Below are positions 20,700 to 31,184 of a stretch of DNA of 64,000 nucleotides, piece after piece. Origin of the DNA: Parcubacteria group bacterium (GTDB taxonomy: Bacteria; Patescibacteriota; Minisyncoccia; Moranbacterales; GCA-2747515). Position 1 is the stretch's first letter. Every line of letters begins with the position of its first letter. The translations under genes were made by a program, and so were the position numbers. A model generated the notes under the pieces. It did no database searches. It was not told the DNA's origin and saw only the letters and a list, made by a program, of their open reading frames with translations. The stretch is from contig JBAZXC010000004.1 of assembly GCA_041660065.1 (NCBI GenBank), forward strand, positions 10,098 through 74,097, read 5' to 3'.

Positions 20700-21134
20700 T
20701 TAGATATTGAGAGCCTCTTCAAGTTTCTCGTCGATCTTTTCACCTGTTTCTTTGAGTTGCTTTTTGTCTTCTCGTTGCGCTTTGTCAAATTGTTTTGCAA
20801 AGTCAGCGAGTGGTGGAAGTTCTTTTGCATTGACGATGAGATAACGCAAGATCTCCTGATTGAGATTGAGTTGGCGTGTGATCTCTGCGACTGCACCCTC
20901 TGTTGTTACACCGGTTTCTTCACATTCGTCTTTACCCGGCATTGTGAAGCGTTGGACAAAATATGTACCGCGCCAGTTGTGTTTGATCTCGTATGAGAGT
21001 TTGCGATCAAACTCGAGAGCGTTACCGGTCCATGTACCACCTGATTTTTCCACAATTGCGCGGATCTCACCTTTGATGCGGTCAAATTCCGGTTTCTTTG
21101 ACTCTGCGATGAGGAACATCAATTCATATTCCAT
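20700..21134 (-). CDS. rpsF: 30S ribosomal protein S6
   Basis: MEYELMFLI...RKLSYEIK...LNLNQEILRYLIV; rpsF-ssb-rpsR gene order. Confidence 0.92.
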   Translation of the reverse strand: MEYELMFLIAESKKPEFDRIKGEIRAIVEKSGGTWTGNALEFDRKLSYEIKHNWRGTYFVQRFTMPGKDECEETGVTTEGAVAEITRQLNLNQEILRYLIVNAKELPPLADFAKQFDKAQREDKKQLKETGEKIDEKLEEALNI

Positions 21135-21420
21135 GATATGTATTGTTAATAATAATTAATTGAACAATATCCGCCCAAGGCGGATTGATCTTTGATTTCA
21201 ACAATCAAAAAATCCATTCAACAACAAAAGCCAATTAAACGCTTTCCATGAATGGAAGTGGTTTGCATCCTATCCACGCACCTATTTCAACGATCGTTTA
21301 TCACATGCGTATCATTCGTGAGCGGAGCGACTTCGTCTCCAGTTGAACGATATTGCAATGATTTTCGCAAAAATAGGTGCGTGGCGGAATACAATGGACT
21401 TTTCTAGTTGTAAACGCAGT

Positions 21421-22569
21421 CTAGCACGAGTTAGTTGATTTGGCAACCACCTCTTTGTAGCTCCTTATTTTTAATATAGGATGAATGCCCAAGACAAAAA
21501 TGCCGATGGCAAAAGCAGACATCAAAATAAAAAAGGAACTTTTTGCGAGAATGATACCAAAGAGAAAGATCATAAAAGAGGAACCTAGTCTCACGAGGAG
21601 ACTCTTGAGAGACATGACGCTTGCTCGTACGGATTTTTGGATTGCATGATGGATTTTGATATCGAGTTGCGTATCAATGTAGCCACGGAGGGCTTGATTG
21701 ATAAAAATAGCGAGAATTGGCAAGGCAACAATGTTGGTCGACCCGATGAAAAAAATGGATATAGTCACGGCGATGAAAATAATCACAATATTTTTTTCGG
21801 GGAATTTTTTGAAGATCCATACGCCGCCAGCGATGAGTAATCCTGCTACGGCAATGATTACCCCCCAATAATTAAGAGGTATTTTTAACTCGAGAAAAAG
21901 CGGATTATAAAACCATTTTAAACTGATGAAAAAAGCTCCCAAAAGAGAGGATGCTTTAATGAGGGCAAGAAGCTCCTTGTTCGTGACAACATGCCTGAAT
22001 CCTTCAGCAGAAGTGGCAAAGATATTTCCGGCAATTCTCTCACTTCTATAGTTGGGAGCAAAAGATAATATAGCTCCTGCGACAAAAAAAGATAATGCGC
22101 TGGCGTAGAGAGGATAACGCAAATCCATAGCAGAGAGAAATCCTCCAATTGTGATTGCAGTAACTGACATGAGAAGAGAATAAAACTTTACGTGAGAAAG
22201 ATCCGCTTTGAAGTTGATAGACGCTGTGTGGAGAAGTGCTGTGTCACTGCCGGAAATGAGGGAAGATCCGAGAGCAGATAATATGAGAATAAATCCGTAA
22301 TAGTACACAGAGCCGGCAAATGAAATAAGAATCAATGACAACGTCAGTAGACCAAAGCCAAGTGATAGTGATATTTTATGCGAAAAGAAGTCCCCGATCA
22401 CGCCTGTAGGATATTCAAAAATGACGATCGCGATTGAATAGAGACCAAGTAAAAAATAGGCATATTCAGCATCAAATCCTCTCGTGTTGAGATATAACAC
22501 AAAGCTGGTGAGCCAAAACTGGCATGCGCCCAATATGAGGGCAATCTTGATCTTGTTTATATGAGACAT
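21421..22569 (-). CDS. MFS transporter
   Basis: About 12 TM segments; FEYPTGVIGDFFSHK, SGSDTALL and RASVMS motifs. Confidence 0.85.
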   Translation of the reverse strand: MSHINKIKIALILGACQFWLTSFVLYLNTRGFDAEYAYFLLGLYSIAIVIFEYPTGVIGDFFSHKISLSLGFGLLTLSLILISFAGSVYYYGFILILSALGSSLISGSDTALLHTASINFKADLSHVKFYSLLMSVTAITIGGFLSAMDLRYPLYASALSFFVAGAILSFAPNYRSERIAGNIFATSAEGFRHVVTNKELLALIKASSLLGAFFISLKWFYNPLFLELKIPLNYWGVIIAVAGLLIAGGVWIFKKFPEKNIVIIFIAVTISIFFIGSTNIVALPILAIFINQALRGYIDTQLDIKIHHAIQKSVRASVMSLKSLLVRLGSSFMIFLFGIILAKSSFFILMSAFAIGIFVLGIHPILKIRSYKEVVAKSTNSC

Positions 22570-22685
22570 ATTTCAATTATAACGTATGTTTGTCATAAAG
22601 CGGAATGTGACATATATGTGAAAGAAATGCGATGCGCATACGTATCATCAAGCACGGAGGTAATAATTTTTTTGAGAACGGGTTT

Positions 22686-23549
22686 ATGACAAATCATAAA
22701 AAAAGTATAGTTGCGACAATCGCAGTTATTGGGGGAGTGTTCTTTTTATCAGGGTGTGCGTTGCCATTTCATCCTAAAGATCAAAATGGAGAAGTCTCAT
22801 ATGGCGATACTGCGCAACGGCGCGGTGATATGCAAAACAATATACGATCAATGGATCGTAGGGGTGTTATGGGGCAAGGAGAGCATATGATGAATATTGA
22901 CACGATCGCAAAGGGGGATCTCAATGATGATGAAAAGGCGGGAATTATCAAAATGCGTGAAGAGGAAAAGCTCGCGCGCGATGTTTACACGACACTTGGT
23001 GCCAAATGGGGACAAAAGATATTTCTCAATATCACATCCAGTGAGCAAACACACATGGATGAAGTCAAGCAATTGATCGATCGGTATGCATTGACTGATC
23101 CGATCACAGATGGTGCAACCGGTGTTTTTACATCACCGGAATTGCAAAAGCTATACAATGATCTCATTGCAAAAGGAAACGTATCGCTGGTAGATGCTTT
23201 GAATGTTGGCGCAACGGTTGAAGACTTGGATATCAAAGATCTCCAAGATCTGATTGCCGCAACGGATAATGCTGATATCAAATATGTATATGAAAATCTC
23301 AAGAATGGATCACAACGACATTTACAATCATTTGTAAAAAATCTTGAGAAAAATGGTACAACATATACACCGCAATATATTTCTCAGACTGATTATGATG
23401 CAATCATTTCCATGGAACGACAGACGGGCGGAAAGATGGATGGAGGTTGCATGAATAGCGATGGAAGCGGTTGTGGCATGCACGATGGATCTGGAAACGG
23501 ACAGGGGAATGGCATGGGAGACGGGAGCGGTATGCACAACATGCGGTAA
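22686..23549 (+). CDS. DUF2202 ferritin-like lipoprotein
   Basis: Lipobox LSGC; MREEEKLARDVY, SEQTHM, VEDLDIKDL, GSQRHL; Gly/Met-rich tail. Confidence 0.85.
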   Translation: MTNHKKSIVATIAVIGGVFFLSGCALPFHPKDQNGEVSYGDTAQRRGDMQNNIRSMDRRGVMGQGEHMMNIDTIAKGDLNDDEKAGIIKMREEEKLARDVYTTLGAKWGQKIFLNITSSEQTHMDEVKQLIDRYALTDPITDGATGVFTSPELQKLYNDLIAKGNVSLVDALNVGATVEDLDIKDLQDLIAATDNADIKYVYENLKNGSQRHLQSFVKNLEKNGTTYTPQYISQTDYDAIISMERQTGGKMDGGCMNSDGSGCGMHDGSGNGQGNGMGDGSGMHNMR

Positions 23550-23725
23550 TTTTGGACACAATGTAAAACCACAAAAACATTCACACCACTTGTGAGTGTT
23601 TTTGTTTTTTGTATTATTGAATTTCATGCGTAAATATGCCACAATAAATCTATGAAGATTTGTGCATATTTTTGACTATTGATCCTATCTGAAAACGGAG
23701 AAAAAATATATGAATTTTTAATAAA

Positions 23726-24166
23726 ATGGCATACTATAATAAAATTGGGCTACTTGTATTAAATGCAGAACGAACGAGTTTTTTGGTCTGCGAGCCAGGT
23801 TTGTTGTATAAGGACAAATCTGTATCGCAATATTTGATGCCAGGTGGTCAGTTTGTGGAAGAAACTGTTGAAGAATGTCTCAAGGCAGAAATCAGAGAAG
23901 AGTTGGGCTGTGATATTGATATAGATAGTATTAAAATCATTGGGGAATACAGTGATGTTGCAGCATCTGGTTTAAATCGCGATGTGATGATCAGACTATA
24001 CGCGGGCAGGCTTATTGGTACGCCAATTGCATCAACAGAAATTGGCGCCTTGCATTGGGTTGGGGAGAGTGATATTGATAATGAAAAATTATCACCTATT
24101 ATTAGAAATAAAATAATCCCAGACTTGATCAGGAGAAGAATATTAAAAAAGACTGCAAAATATTGA
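23726..24166 (+). CDS. NUDIX hydrolase
   Basis: PGGQFVEETVEECLKAEIREELG Nudix-like box. Confidence 0.8.
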   Translation: MAYYNKIGLLVLNAERTSFLVCEPGLLYKDKSVSQYLMPGGQFVEETVEECLKAEIREELGCDIDIDSIKIIGEYSDVAASGLNRDVMIRLYAGRLIGTPIASTEIGALHWVGESDIDNEKLSPIIRNKIIPDLIRRRILKKTAKY

Positions 24167-24198
24167 AATTTTCATGCAATTATGCCACAATGGGGCAT

Positions 24199-26157
24199 AT
24201 GCAAGAATTTATACTTCACAAACAATTTGAACCGACAGGTGATCAACCGACAGCGATTACTGCGTTGACGGATGGTATTGTGCGCGGCGACAAGGCACAG
24301 ACGCTGCTGGGCGTGACGGGATCCGGTAAGACATTTACTGTAGCCAATGTGATCGAAAAAGTGCAAAAACCGACATTGGTGATTGCGCACAATAAGACGC
24401 TTGCGGCGCAACTCGTGCAAGAATTTCGCACGTTTTTTCCGACCAATGCGGTAGAATATTTTGTATCGTATTACGATTATTATCAACCGGAAGCATATGT
24501 CCATGCGTCAGACACATATATCGATAAAGAGGTGGAGATCAATGAGGAAATTGATCGACTCCGTCATGCGGCAACCGCTGCACTCCTTACGCGTAGGGAT
24601 GTGATCATCGTGGCGAGCGTGTCATGCATTTATGGCTTGGGTTCGCCGGAATTTTATCGTGACAGCATGATCACAGTTAACGTGGGAGACACGATCGATC
24701 GGGAAGTATTGATGGCAAAATTGATTGATCAACACTATGAACGCAATGACATTTTGCAGAGGTCGCGGTTTCGAGCAACCGGTCCGACGATCGATATCGT
24801 GCCGGCAGGGCGCGAAGCGATTATTCGCATCGTGCTTCGCGGATCGCGTGTTGCGGCGATCATGGAATTGGACATTGTGAGTGGTGAACGGCGGACAGAT
24901 ATGGACCAGGTGATCATCTATCCGGCAAAACACTTTGTTGTGCCGGAGCCGGTACTCAAAGAATCATTGGAGCAGATCGAAAGCGATCTCGCAAAACAAT
25001 TGGCAATTTTTCAAAAAGAAAATAAATTCCTCGAAGCACAGCGTTTGGAAATGCGCACGCGGCAAGATTTGGAGATGATGCGTGAGCTTGGGTATTGCAA
25101 CGGAATCGAAAATTATTCATTGTATCTGACACAGCGCAAAGTAGGAGAAGCGCCGTATACGCTTGTTGATTATTTCCCCAAGGATTATCTCCTCGTGATC
25201 GATGAATCCCATGTGACAGTGCCGCAGATCAGTGGGATGTCCACAGGTGACCGTGCGCGCAAACAAAACCTCGTGAATTTCGGATTTCGTTTGCCGAGCG
25301 CGTTGGATAATCGCCCACTTAATTTTGATGAATTTCAATCGCGCATGGGACAGACGATCTTTGTCTCAGCGACACCGGCGCAATATGAAAAGGAGAAAAG
25401 CACGCAGATTGTGGAGCAGATCATCCGCCCGACAGGTCTCATTGATCCGGAACTTGTGATCCGACCAACTAGCGGGCAAGTAAAGAACGTGATCGGAGAG
25501 ATTGCAAAAGTGATTGCAAAGAAAGAGCGAGTGCTTATCACAACACTTACCAAAAAACAGGCGGAGGATCTCTCAGAATATTTGGAAGAAAATGAGATCA
25601 AGGCGAAGTATCTTCACTCTGACGTGGACACATTGGATCGCATCACGATTCTCGAAGAATTGCGTCGTGGTGTTTTTGATGTGTTGGTGGGTGTCAATCT
25701 CTTGCGCGAAGGATTGGATTTGCCGGAGGTATCCCTTGTGGCGATCCTCGATGCGGACAAAGAGGGATTTCTCCGCTCGGAAGTATCGCTGATCCAGACG
25801 ATCGGGCGTGCGGCACGCAATGTGGGCGGACGTGTGATCCTCTATGCGGATAAAATTACCGGATCACTAAAGCGCGCGATTGATGAGACGGAGCGTCGCC
25901 GTGTGATCCAGTTGGCGTATAACAAAGAGCACAATATCACACCGCAAACAATTCAAAAGACCATTGCATCAATCATAAAGCATGATGAGACGCAGATCAA
26001 AGAAGCCAAAGAATTCATCACGCTTGCACGCATCGAAAATATCGAAGGCTATCTCAAACAACGTGAAGCGGACATGCGCAAAGCGGCTACAGGGTTGAAT
26101 TTTGAAGAAGCGGCAATGATCCGCGATGAGATCAAAGAATTGCGGAAGTTACGATAA
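24199..26157 (+). CDS. uvrB: excinuclease ABC subunit B
   Basis: PTGDQP, GVTGSGKT, FVSYYDYYQPEAY, IDESH and QTIGRAARN motifs. Confidence 0.97.
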   Translation: MQEFILHKQFEPTGDQPTAITALTDGIVRGDKAQTLLGVTGSGKTFTVANVIEKVQKPTLVIAHNKTLAAQLVQEFRTFFPTNAVEYFVSYYDYYQPEAYVHASDTYIDKEVEINEEIDRLRHAATAALLTRRDVIIVASVSCIYGLGSPEFYRDSMITVNVGDTIDREVLMAKLIDQHYERNDILQRSRFRATGPTIDIVPAGREAIIRIVLRGSRVAAIMELDIVSGERRTDMDQVIIYPAKHFVVPEPVLKESLEQIESDLAKQLAIFQKENKFLEAQRLEMRTRQDLEMMRELGYCNGIENYSLYLTQRKVGEAPYTLVDYFPKDYLLVIDESHVTVPQISGMSTGDRARKQNLVNFGFRLPSALDNRPLNFDEFQSRMGQTIFVSATPAQYEKEKSTQIVEQIIRPTGLIDPELVIRPTSGQVKNVIGEIAKVIAKKERVLITTLTKKQAEDLSEYLEENEIKAKYLHSDVDTLDRITILEELRRGVFDVLVGVNLLREGLDLPEVSLVAILDADKEGFLRSEVSLIQTIGRAARNVGGRVILYADKITGSLKRAIDETERRRVIQLAYNKEHNITPQTIQKTIASIIKHDETQIKEAKEFITLARIENIEGYLKQREADMRKAATGLNFEEAAMIRDEIKELRKLR

Positions 26158-26348
26158 TAAACTTCTCATTAAATTCTCGCGTAAATAAAACGTTACATAA
26201 TCTTACGGCCGTAAGATTATGTAACGTTTTTTTGCAATGCTGTGATCACATATTACCACGCTCTAGTGCGTGGTAATATGTGTTGTAGATGAATTGTTGG
26301 GGTTGTGATGGGTTGTTTTGTGGATTTTTTTGGTTTTGATCTTTTTAC

Positions 26349-26377
26349 TTGACAGCAAAACACATCTTTAATAAAAT
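26349..26377 (+). promoter_or_regulatory. sigma70-type promoter
   Basis: TTGACA-N17-TAAAAT upstream of the small ORF at 26466. Confidence 0.65.
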
Positions 26378-26465
26378 GGAAATATGTTTTGTCGCTGATC
26401 ACGTTCTGGATGTTCCAGAAAAAGTGAAGGCAAAATCACATACATCCTTAACAAGGAGGTAACAC

Positions 26466-26621
26466 ATGGAGCGGTTTTATGGTTGTTCGCCCAATTTTTT
26501 TCAAGCCAATCAGTTGAAGGGTTCAGCGGTAACGGCTCAGACAGATACGATCGAGACCACCACTACCGTCGGTACGAAAAAAGCGCAGGTCACTACCATT
26601 GCCTCGGAGATCACCACATGA
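26466..26621 (+). CDS. 51-aa Thr-rich small protein (absent from the ORF track)
   Basis: AAGGAGGT RBS; MERFYGCSPNFFQANQLKGSAVTAQTDTIETTTTVGTKKAQVTTIASEITT*. Confidence 0.55.
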   Translation: MERFYGCSPNFFQANQLKGSAVTAQTDTIETTTTVGTKKAQVTTIASEITT

Positions 26622-26741
26622 CATCGCTGACATCTTTACCGGAAGTATGTATTGATATCCAACCGGGAGGTTAAGCTAATTGGAGCGGCTTAACTCGTCC
26701 CAACACAATGCTCCATAATCAGAGCAAAGAAGTTTTCACAT

Positions 26742-26786
26742 GAGGTGCATCGACTATAATAGTTGATGCACCTCCAACTTTTTTTG
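26742..26786 (+). terminator. intrinsic terminator
   Basis: GAGGTGCATCGACT...AGTTGATGCACCTC plus T tract. Confidence 0.7.
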
Positions 26787-26868
26787 ATTAGTTTTTTGAG
26801 GAAGTAATTCAGATATGTGTAACTACTCATCTTTTTTTGAGATATAAAGTATAGTGAACTTTTTAGTT

Positions 26869-27029
26869 CGTCTTTGCGAGGAGCGGAACGAAGTGTAGCG
26901 ACGAAGCAATCTCGATCACTGCACGAAAAACAACATGTCTAAGTGAGATTGCCTGCCTACCGGCAGGCAGGCCTCGTCATTCCGTTGACACTGCATTCCT
27001 TCCGCCAAAGGGCGGACGCGCACAAAGAT
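26869..27029. repeat. CGTC-type REP doublet with nested palindromes
   Basis: CGTCTTTGCGAGGAGCG...GCGACGAAGCAATCTC and an inverted GAGATTGC... arm interrupted by CCTGCCTACCGGCAGGCAGG and TCCGCCAAAGGGCGGA. Confidence 0.6.
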
Positions 27030-27196
27030 ATGTGTTTTGTTAGATAATTTTAGAGTAGTTGAAAAAAAGTGAATAGTTACAGATACGTCTATTGTATTTC
27101 GTCGATTTTTGTGCTATAATTAAGAGCAAGAGAATATAAGATTGATCGGAAGCGGGTGGTGCTCGCTTTTTTCTTTTTCTCCACAACCAAAAAAAT

Positions 27197-27814
27197 ATGA
27201 CACAAAAAGCCAAAAAAATCAATAAAATAAAGGAAAAATGGCAAAAACATATCGCATGGAACTATGTGATCGTTGCCCTGTCGTTTTTTATGTATGGGTG
27301 TGTTTTTGGTGTCATTGTGACGATTCATGCGATCAATAACAGATTGGATCAGATCAACAGACAACAAATCATTTTTAATCAGCCAAATCCGTATATTTTG
27401 CAAAAAACTACCAACATGATGCGTGGCTATCCGATGGAGGCAATGGCGCCATACATTGCACAAGAAGATCCGCAAGTGGCGGCATTTCTTGTTGCGATCG
27501 CAAAAAAGGAAAGCGCGTGGGGCAAACGTGCGCCGAAATTGCATGGACAGGATTGTTATAACTATTGGGGTTTTCGTCAAAAGAGAATGCGTATGGGTAG
27601 TGGTGGTCACACGTGTTTTGACTCACCGCGTGAGGCTGTGATGGTCGTGTCTGCTCGAATCAAAGATTTGATCGCCAAAAAATATAATACGCCACAAAAG
27701 ATGATCGTGTGGAAGTGTGGGTTCAGTTGTCAGAATCACAGCAGTATGAGCACTGCCAAGTGGGTGCAAGATGTAGATTACTATTACGATATGATGTATC
27801 AGGAAAGTCTCTAG
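27197..27814 (+). CDS. membrane-anchored lysozyme/glucosaminidase-like protein
   Basis: N-terminal TM; LVAIAKKESAWGK...CYNYWG...CFDSPREAV. Confidence 0.6.
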   Translation: MTQKAKKINKIKEKWQKHIAWNYVIVALSFFMYGCVFGVIVTIHAINNRLDQINRQQIIFNQPNPYILQKTTNMMRGYPMEAMAPYIAQEDPQVAAFLVAIAKKESAWGKRAPKLHGQDCYNYWGFRQKRMRMGSGGHTCFDSPREAVMVVSARIKDLIAKKYNTPQKMIVWKCGFSCQNHSSMSTAKWVQDVDYYYDMMYQESL

Positions 27815-28944
27815 AATGTAAAACACTCAGGGGCATGTTTTGAAAGAATGTTTCCCTCGTATACATTATTTTTTTCTGTTATCATATTCTGAAAAAATGG
27901 TCTGGGTCTCGGTGGTTTTTTGAGATGTATTGCGCAACGCATCCCGTATGCTTGGTTGTTGGTTATTTGAGAGTTTGTTATGGTAATGTCCCCGATGCCA
28001 GACGATGTAATGAAGGCAACCCCGCTTTTAAAATTATCCTTGAATACGCTATTGTCAATCGTGATGATATTATCATAAATCTCTGTTTCGATACCCCCCT
28101 CAAGGTTAGATGAGGATTCGGTATTTATGATTGTCACCTTCATATGGGGATGGAGGTCAATGCCTTCCTCGCCGTTTTCGGTGATGCGTGAATTTTCAAT
28201 AAGAACCCGACCATCAAAGAGATAGAGTCCCTGCTTATCACTTTTTTTGATGGTGCAATTTTTGATTTTGAGAAGGGGTATTTGTGATATTTCTTCTTCT
28301 GATAAATTTAGAATCTCATATACGACGGGTTGTTTTGCTAATTCTGCGTTTGTCGGGCGATCTTTTTGACCCATCACGACACCAAAATCTTCCGCATCGG
28401 ATATCGTGACGTTTAGAAGTGTGGTGTATGTGTTATAGGGGACGCTTACACCGTTCATTCCTCCAGAAATTGTCATATTGATCAATGTTGCATGGTCATT
28501 GGTGTGAATGATGTTTTTTTCAAAGAGGCGATCATAGGTAACTATCACATCGTTTTGCCCGTAGAGGGTGGTGTTCTCAGGAATGACAATGCTTTCTGTA
28601 TATGTACCAGGAGCGACGATCACTGTACGGATGTTATTTTCTCGTGCATTCGTGAGAGCGTCTGTGATCGTTGTGAAAGGGAATGTAATCGTGCCAGTGT
28701 GTTTATCAGAAAAATCAGCAAGGTGGGCAAGGGATAATAATTTGTGTGTGAGCGCATCATAGCGGTCGAAATATGCTGTTGCAGGGTGGGTGCCGGTTGC
28801 GATGCTTTGGTCGACAAAAATTGCCCCGGAGGGGGGTGCTTTGAGCGTGTTGAGCATTTCGCGCGCGCTGTAAAACTGCCCGCCATACCACATGCCAGCA
28901 CAGATGATGATATAGATAAAGATGCGTACACTGATCCAATACAT
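27811..28944 (-). CDS. right-handed parallel beta-helix repeat protein
   Basis: PFTTITDAL..VAPGTYTESI and repeated I.NS.I..N...G turns. Confidence 0.75.
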   Translation of the reverse strand: MYWISVRIFIYIIICAGMWYGGQFYSAREMLNTLKAPPSGAIFVDQSIATGTHPATAYFDRYDALTHKLLSLAHLADFSDKHTGTITFPFTTITDALTNARENNIRTVIVAPGTYTESIVIPENTTLYGQNDVIVTYDRLFEKNIIHTNDHATLINMTISGGMNGVSVPYNTYTTLLNVTISDAEDFGVVMGQKDRPTNAELAKQPVVYEILNLSEEEISQIPLLKIKNCTIKKSDKQGLYLFDGRVLIENSRITENGEEGIDLHPHMKVTIINTESSSNLEGGIETEIYDNIITIDNSVFKDNFKSGVAFITSSGIGDITITNSQITNNQAYGMRCAIHLKKPPRPRPFFQNMITEKNNVYEGNILSKHAPECFTF

Positions 28945-29029
28945 AATGTGTAGTATAAATGGTTTTGTATGATTTGTAAAAAAAGAAGGGCGCATGTGTT
29001 GACATGGGCCCTTTTGGACGGATTTCTCT

Positions 29030-29605
29030 TTAGGCAAGGTGTGATGCAACTGCTGTAATAGCATCGTTTAAGCTCGATGCCTGATCGCGGATCATCGGGC
29101 TTGTGTCCTTTGTAAAGGTAATCCTGATGTCATATCGCTTCGTTTGACGATTTTGTCCGATGGAAATTTTTCTGGGATTTTTTTTGGAGCGCATGACGAT
29201 CTTTTGCAATTGCATGACAGTTTTGCTATATAGCATGGACTCCTCACGCACGACAATCCGACATGTGAGACGTGACTGTGGCTTTAGTTGATCGTTATAG
29301 ATCTTAAATGCGGCGCCTCTTTTGAGAGGCATTACGTAGCAATCCTCCAACAAAAATCGTGAAGTCACTTCTTCCGGAAAAGAGAAATATAAAACATTAT
29401 CCACGATCGATGCCCTAGTAAGGACACTCTCAATGACTTTTGACGATTTTTTCAGATCGCCCAAATAAATGTTCCCATCGAGAAAGCAATGGAGATATGC
29501 TGCCAGTTCATTGATGGCAAATTTTTTTTCATTACCTTCTGCATTTTCAAGGGGTTTACCAAGTAAAAATGGGATTGTGCCAGCGACGAGTATCTTTTTT
29601 TCCAC
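29030..29605 (-). CDS. hypothetical protein
   Basis: 191-aa ORF with AGGAG upstream. Confidence 0.55.
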   Translation of the reverse strand: MEKKILVAGTIPFLLGKPLENAEGNEKKFAINELAAYLHCFLDGNIYLGDLKKSSKVIESVLTRASIVDNVLYFSFPEEVTSRFLLEDCYVMPLKRGAAFKIYNDQLKPQSRLTCRIVVREESMLYSKTVMQLQKIVMRSKKNPRKISIGQNRQTKRYDIRITFTKDTSPMIRDQASSLNDAITAVASHLA

Positions 29606-29781
29606 TATGGAGATCTCCTAAAAAAAATTTTAAAAAATATGTTAAATAACCAACATGATTTATATACCATTTTTGACATTTTGTCAATGCTTTCGCCGTA
29701 AAAGGAAAGAAAAAATAGTTGACGTCGTATCATAATTCAGGGACAATGAAATGGTAATGATATTTTCTAAAAATTATTTCT

Positions 29782-31056
29782 ATGAAGTACAAAAAACACG
29801 TATTGAAAAACGGATTGCGCGTAATTCTCGTTCCGATCAAAGAAATGACCACGGCGACGGCTCTAATCTGCGTGGGGACAGGATCGCGCTTTGAGGATGC
29901 GCATGAAAATGGGCTTGCGCATTTCCTTGAACACATGTTTTTCAAAGGGACAAAGAAGCGTCCAAAAGCGATGATGATCCTCAAAGAACTGGACACGCTC
30001 GGTTCACAACATAACGCCTATACAGGGAAAGATCGCACGGCATATTATACGAAGGTGCCATCCGCAAAGATCTTGCAAGCGATGGATATTTTGCATGATC
30101 TTTTTTTGCACTCAACATTTGAGGTAAAAGAGATCAAAAAAGAATCCGGGACGATCATACAAGAGATCAATATGTATCAAGATATGCCGGCGCAAAAAGT
30201 GTATGACGTGTTCGAAACACTGCTCTATGGCAAAGATCATCCACTTGGCCGTGAGATTCTCGGCACAAAACAAAATGTCACATCATTTGTGCGAAAGGAT
30301 TTTCTGGCGTATATTGCTCGCTGTTATGCGGCACATAATACTGTCGTGTGTGTAACGGGAAACTTCTCAGAAAAAAAAGTTCTCGCAAAGATCAAAGCGG
30401 ATTTTGGCACAATGTATGGCGGGGATCGTCCACAGCACGAGTTGTTTATTGGTGCGCAGGAAAAGCCGGTCTGCATGATCGAAGAAAAAAAGACAGATCA
30501 AACACATTTTGTACTGGGCGTTCACACGGGAGGTTTTGATCACAAGGATCGTTACGTGTATTCTATTTTGGCAAATATCCTCGGTGGGGGGATGAGTAGT
30601 CGTCTGTGGGAAGAAGTGCGAGAAAAGCGCGGTCTTGCCTATAGCGTCCATGCGTTTGTGGATTTTTATCCGGAAGTGGGATATTTTGCAGTGAAAGCCG
30701 GTGTGGAGCATGATAAACTCATTGATGCAATCGAACTTATCTTAAAAGAATTAAGGAAAGTGGCACAACGCGGTGTAACGGAAGAGGAATTTGAGCGTGC
30801 GCGCAGTGGGTTTGAGGGGCGTATTGCCTATAGCATGGAAACATCAGATGCGATTGCAAGCAATTTTGCGGAGCAAGAAGCGACGCGCGATGAGATCATT
30901 GTGCCGGAAGAATCATTGCGTCGCATCAAAAGAGTTACACGAGCGGATATTCAGCGCGTGGCAAGGGAGATCTTTGTGAATAAAAGCTTGAATTGTGCGA
31001 TCATCGGTCCACAGAAAAAACGTGAGAAAGAGATCAAAAAAATACTTCAATTCTGA
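29782..31056 (+). CDS. M16 (pitrilysin) family peptidase
   Basis: GLAHFLEHMFFKGT, LGGGMSSRLWEEVREKRGLAYSV. Confidence 0.95.
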   Translation: MKYKKHVLKNGLRVILVPIKEMTTATALICVGTGSRFEDAHENGLAHFLEHMFFKGTKKRPKAMMILKELDTLGSQHNAYTGKDRTAYYTKVPSAKILQAMDILHDLFLHSTFEVKEIKKESGTIIQEINMYQDMPAQKVYDVFETLLYGKDHPLGREILGTKQNVTSFVRKDFLAYIARCYAAHNTVVCVTGNFSEKKVLAKIKADFGTMYGGDRPQHELFIGAQEKPVCMIEEKKTDQTHFVLGVHTGGFDHKDRYVYSILANILGGGMSSRLWEEVREKRGLAYSVHAFVDFYPEVGYFAVKAGVEHDKLIDAIELILKELRKVAQRGVTEEEFERARSGFEGRIAYSMETSDAIASNFAEQEATRDEIIVPEESLRRIKRVTRADIQRVAREIFVNKSLNCAIIGPQKKREKEIKKILQF

Positions 31057-31184
31057 TCCTTTGCGTAGCGTAATCGATGGAGGGATTGGTATATTTTTAT
31101 CCTCCATAAAAAGGTAATGTCTTACAGTTGTTTTTGTTCTGATATTGTGCTAGGCTGATACATAATCCTAAAGATATAAAAAAC

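Noticed and set aside
23430-23546. Gly/Met/Asp-rich repeats at the end of the DUF2202 gene
   Set aside because: Ordinary low-complexity protein tail, not a DNA repeat element.
26190-26280. Long palindromes after uvrB (CGTTACATAATCTTACGGCCGTAAGATTATGTAACG; TTACCACGCTCTAGTGCGTGGTAA)
   Set aside because: Best explained as a terminator plus a dispersed REP-like hairpin (second copy at ~12386-12410). No evidence for a distinct system or a dif site.
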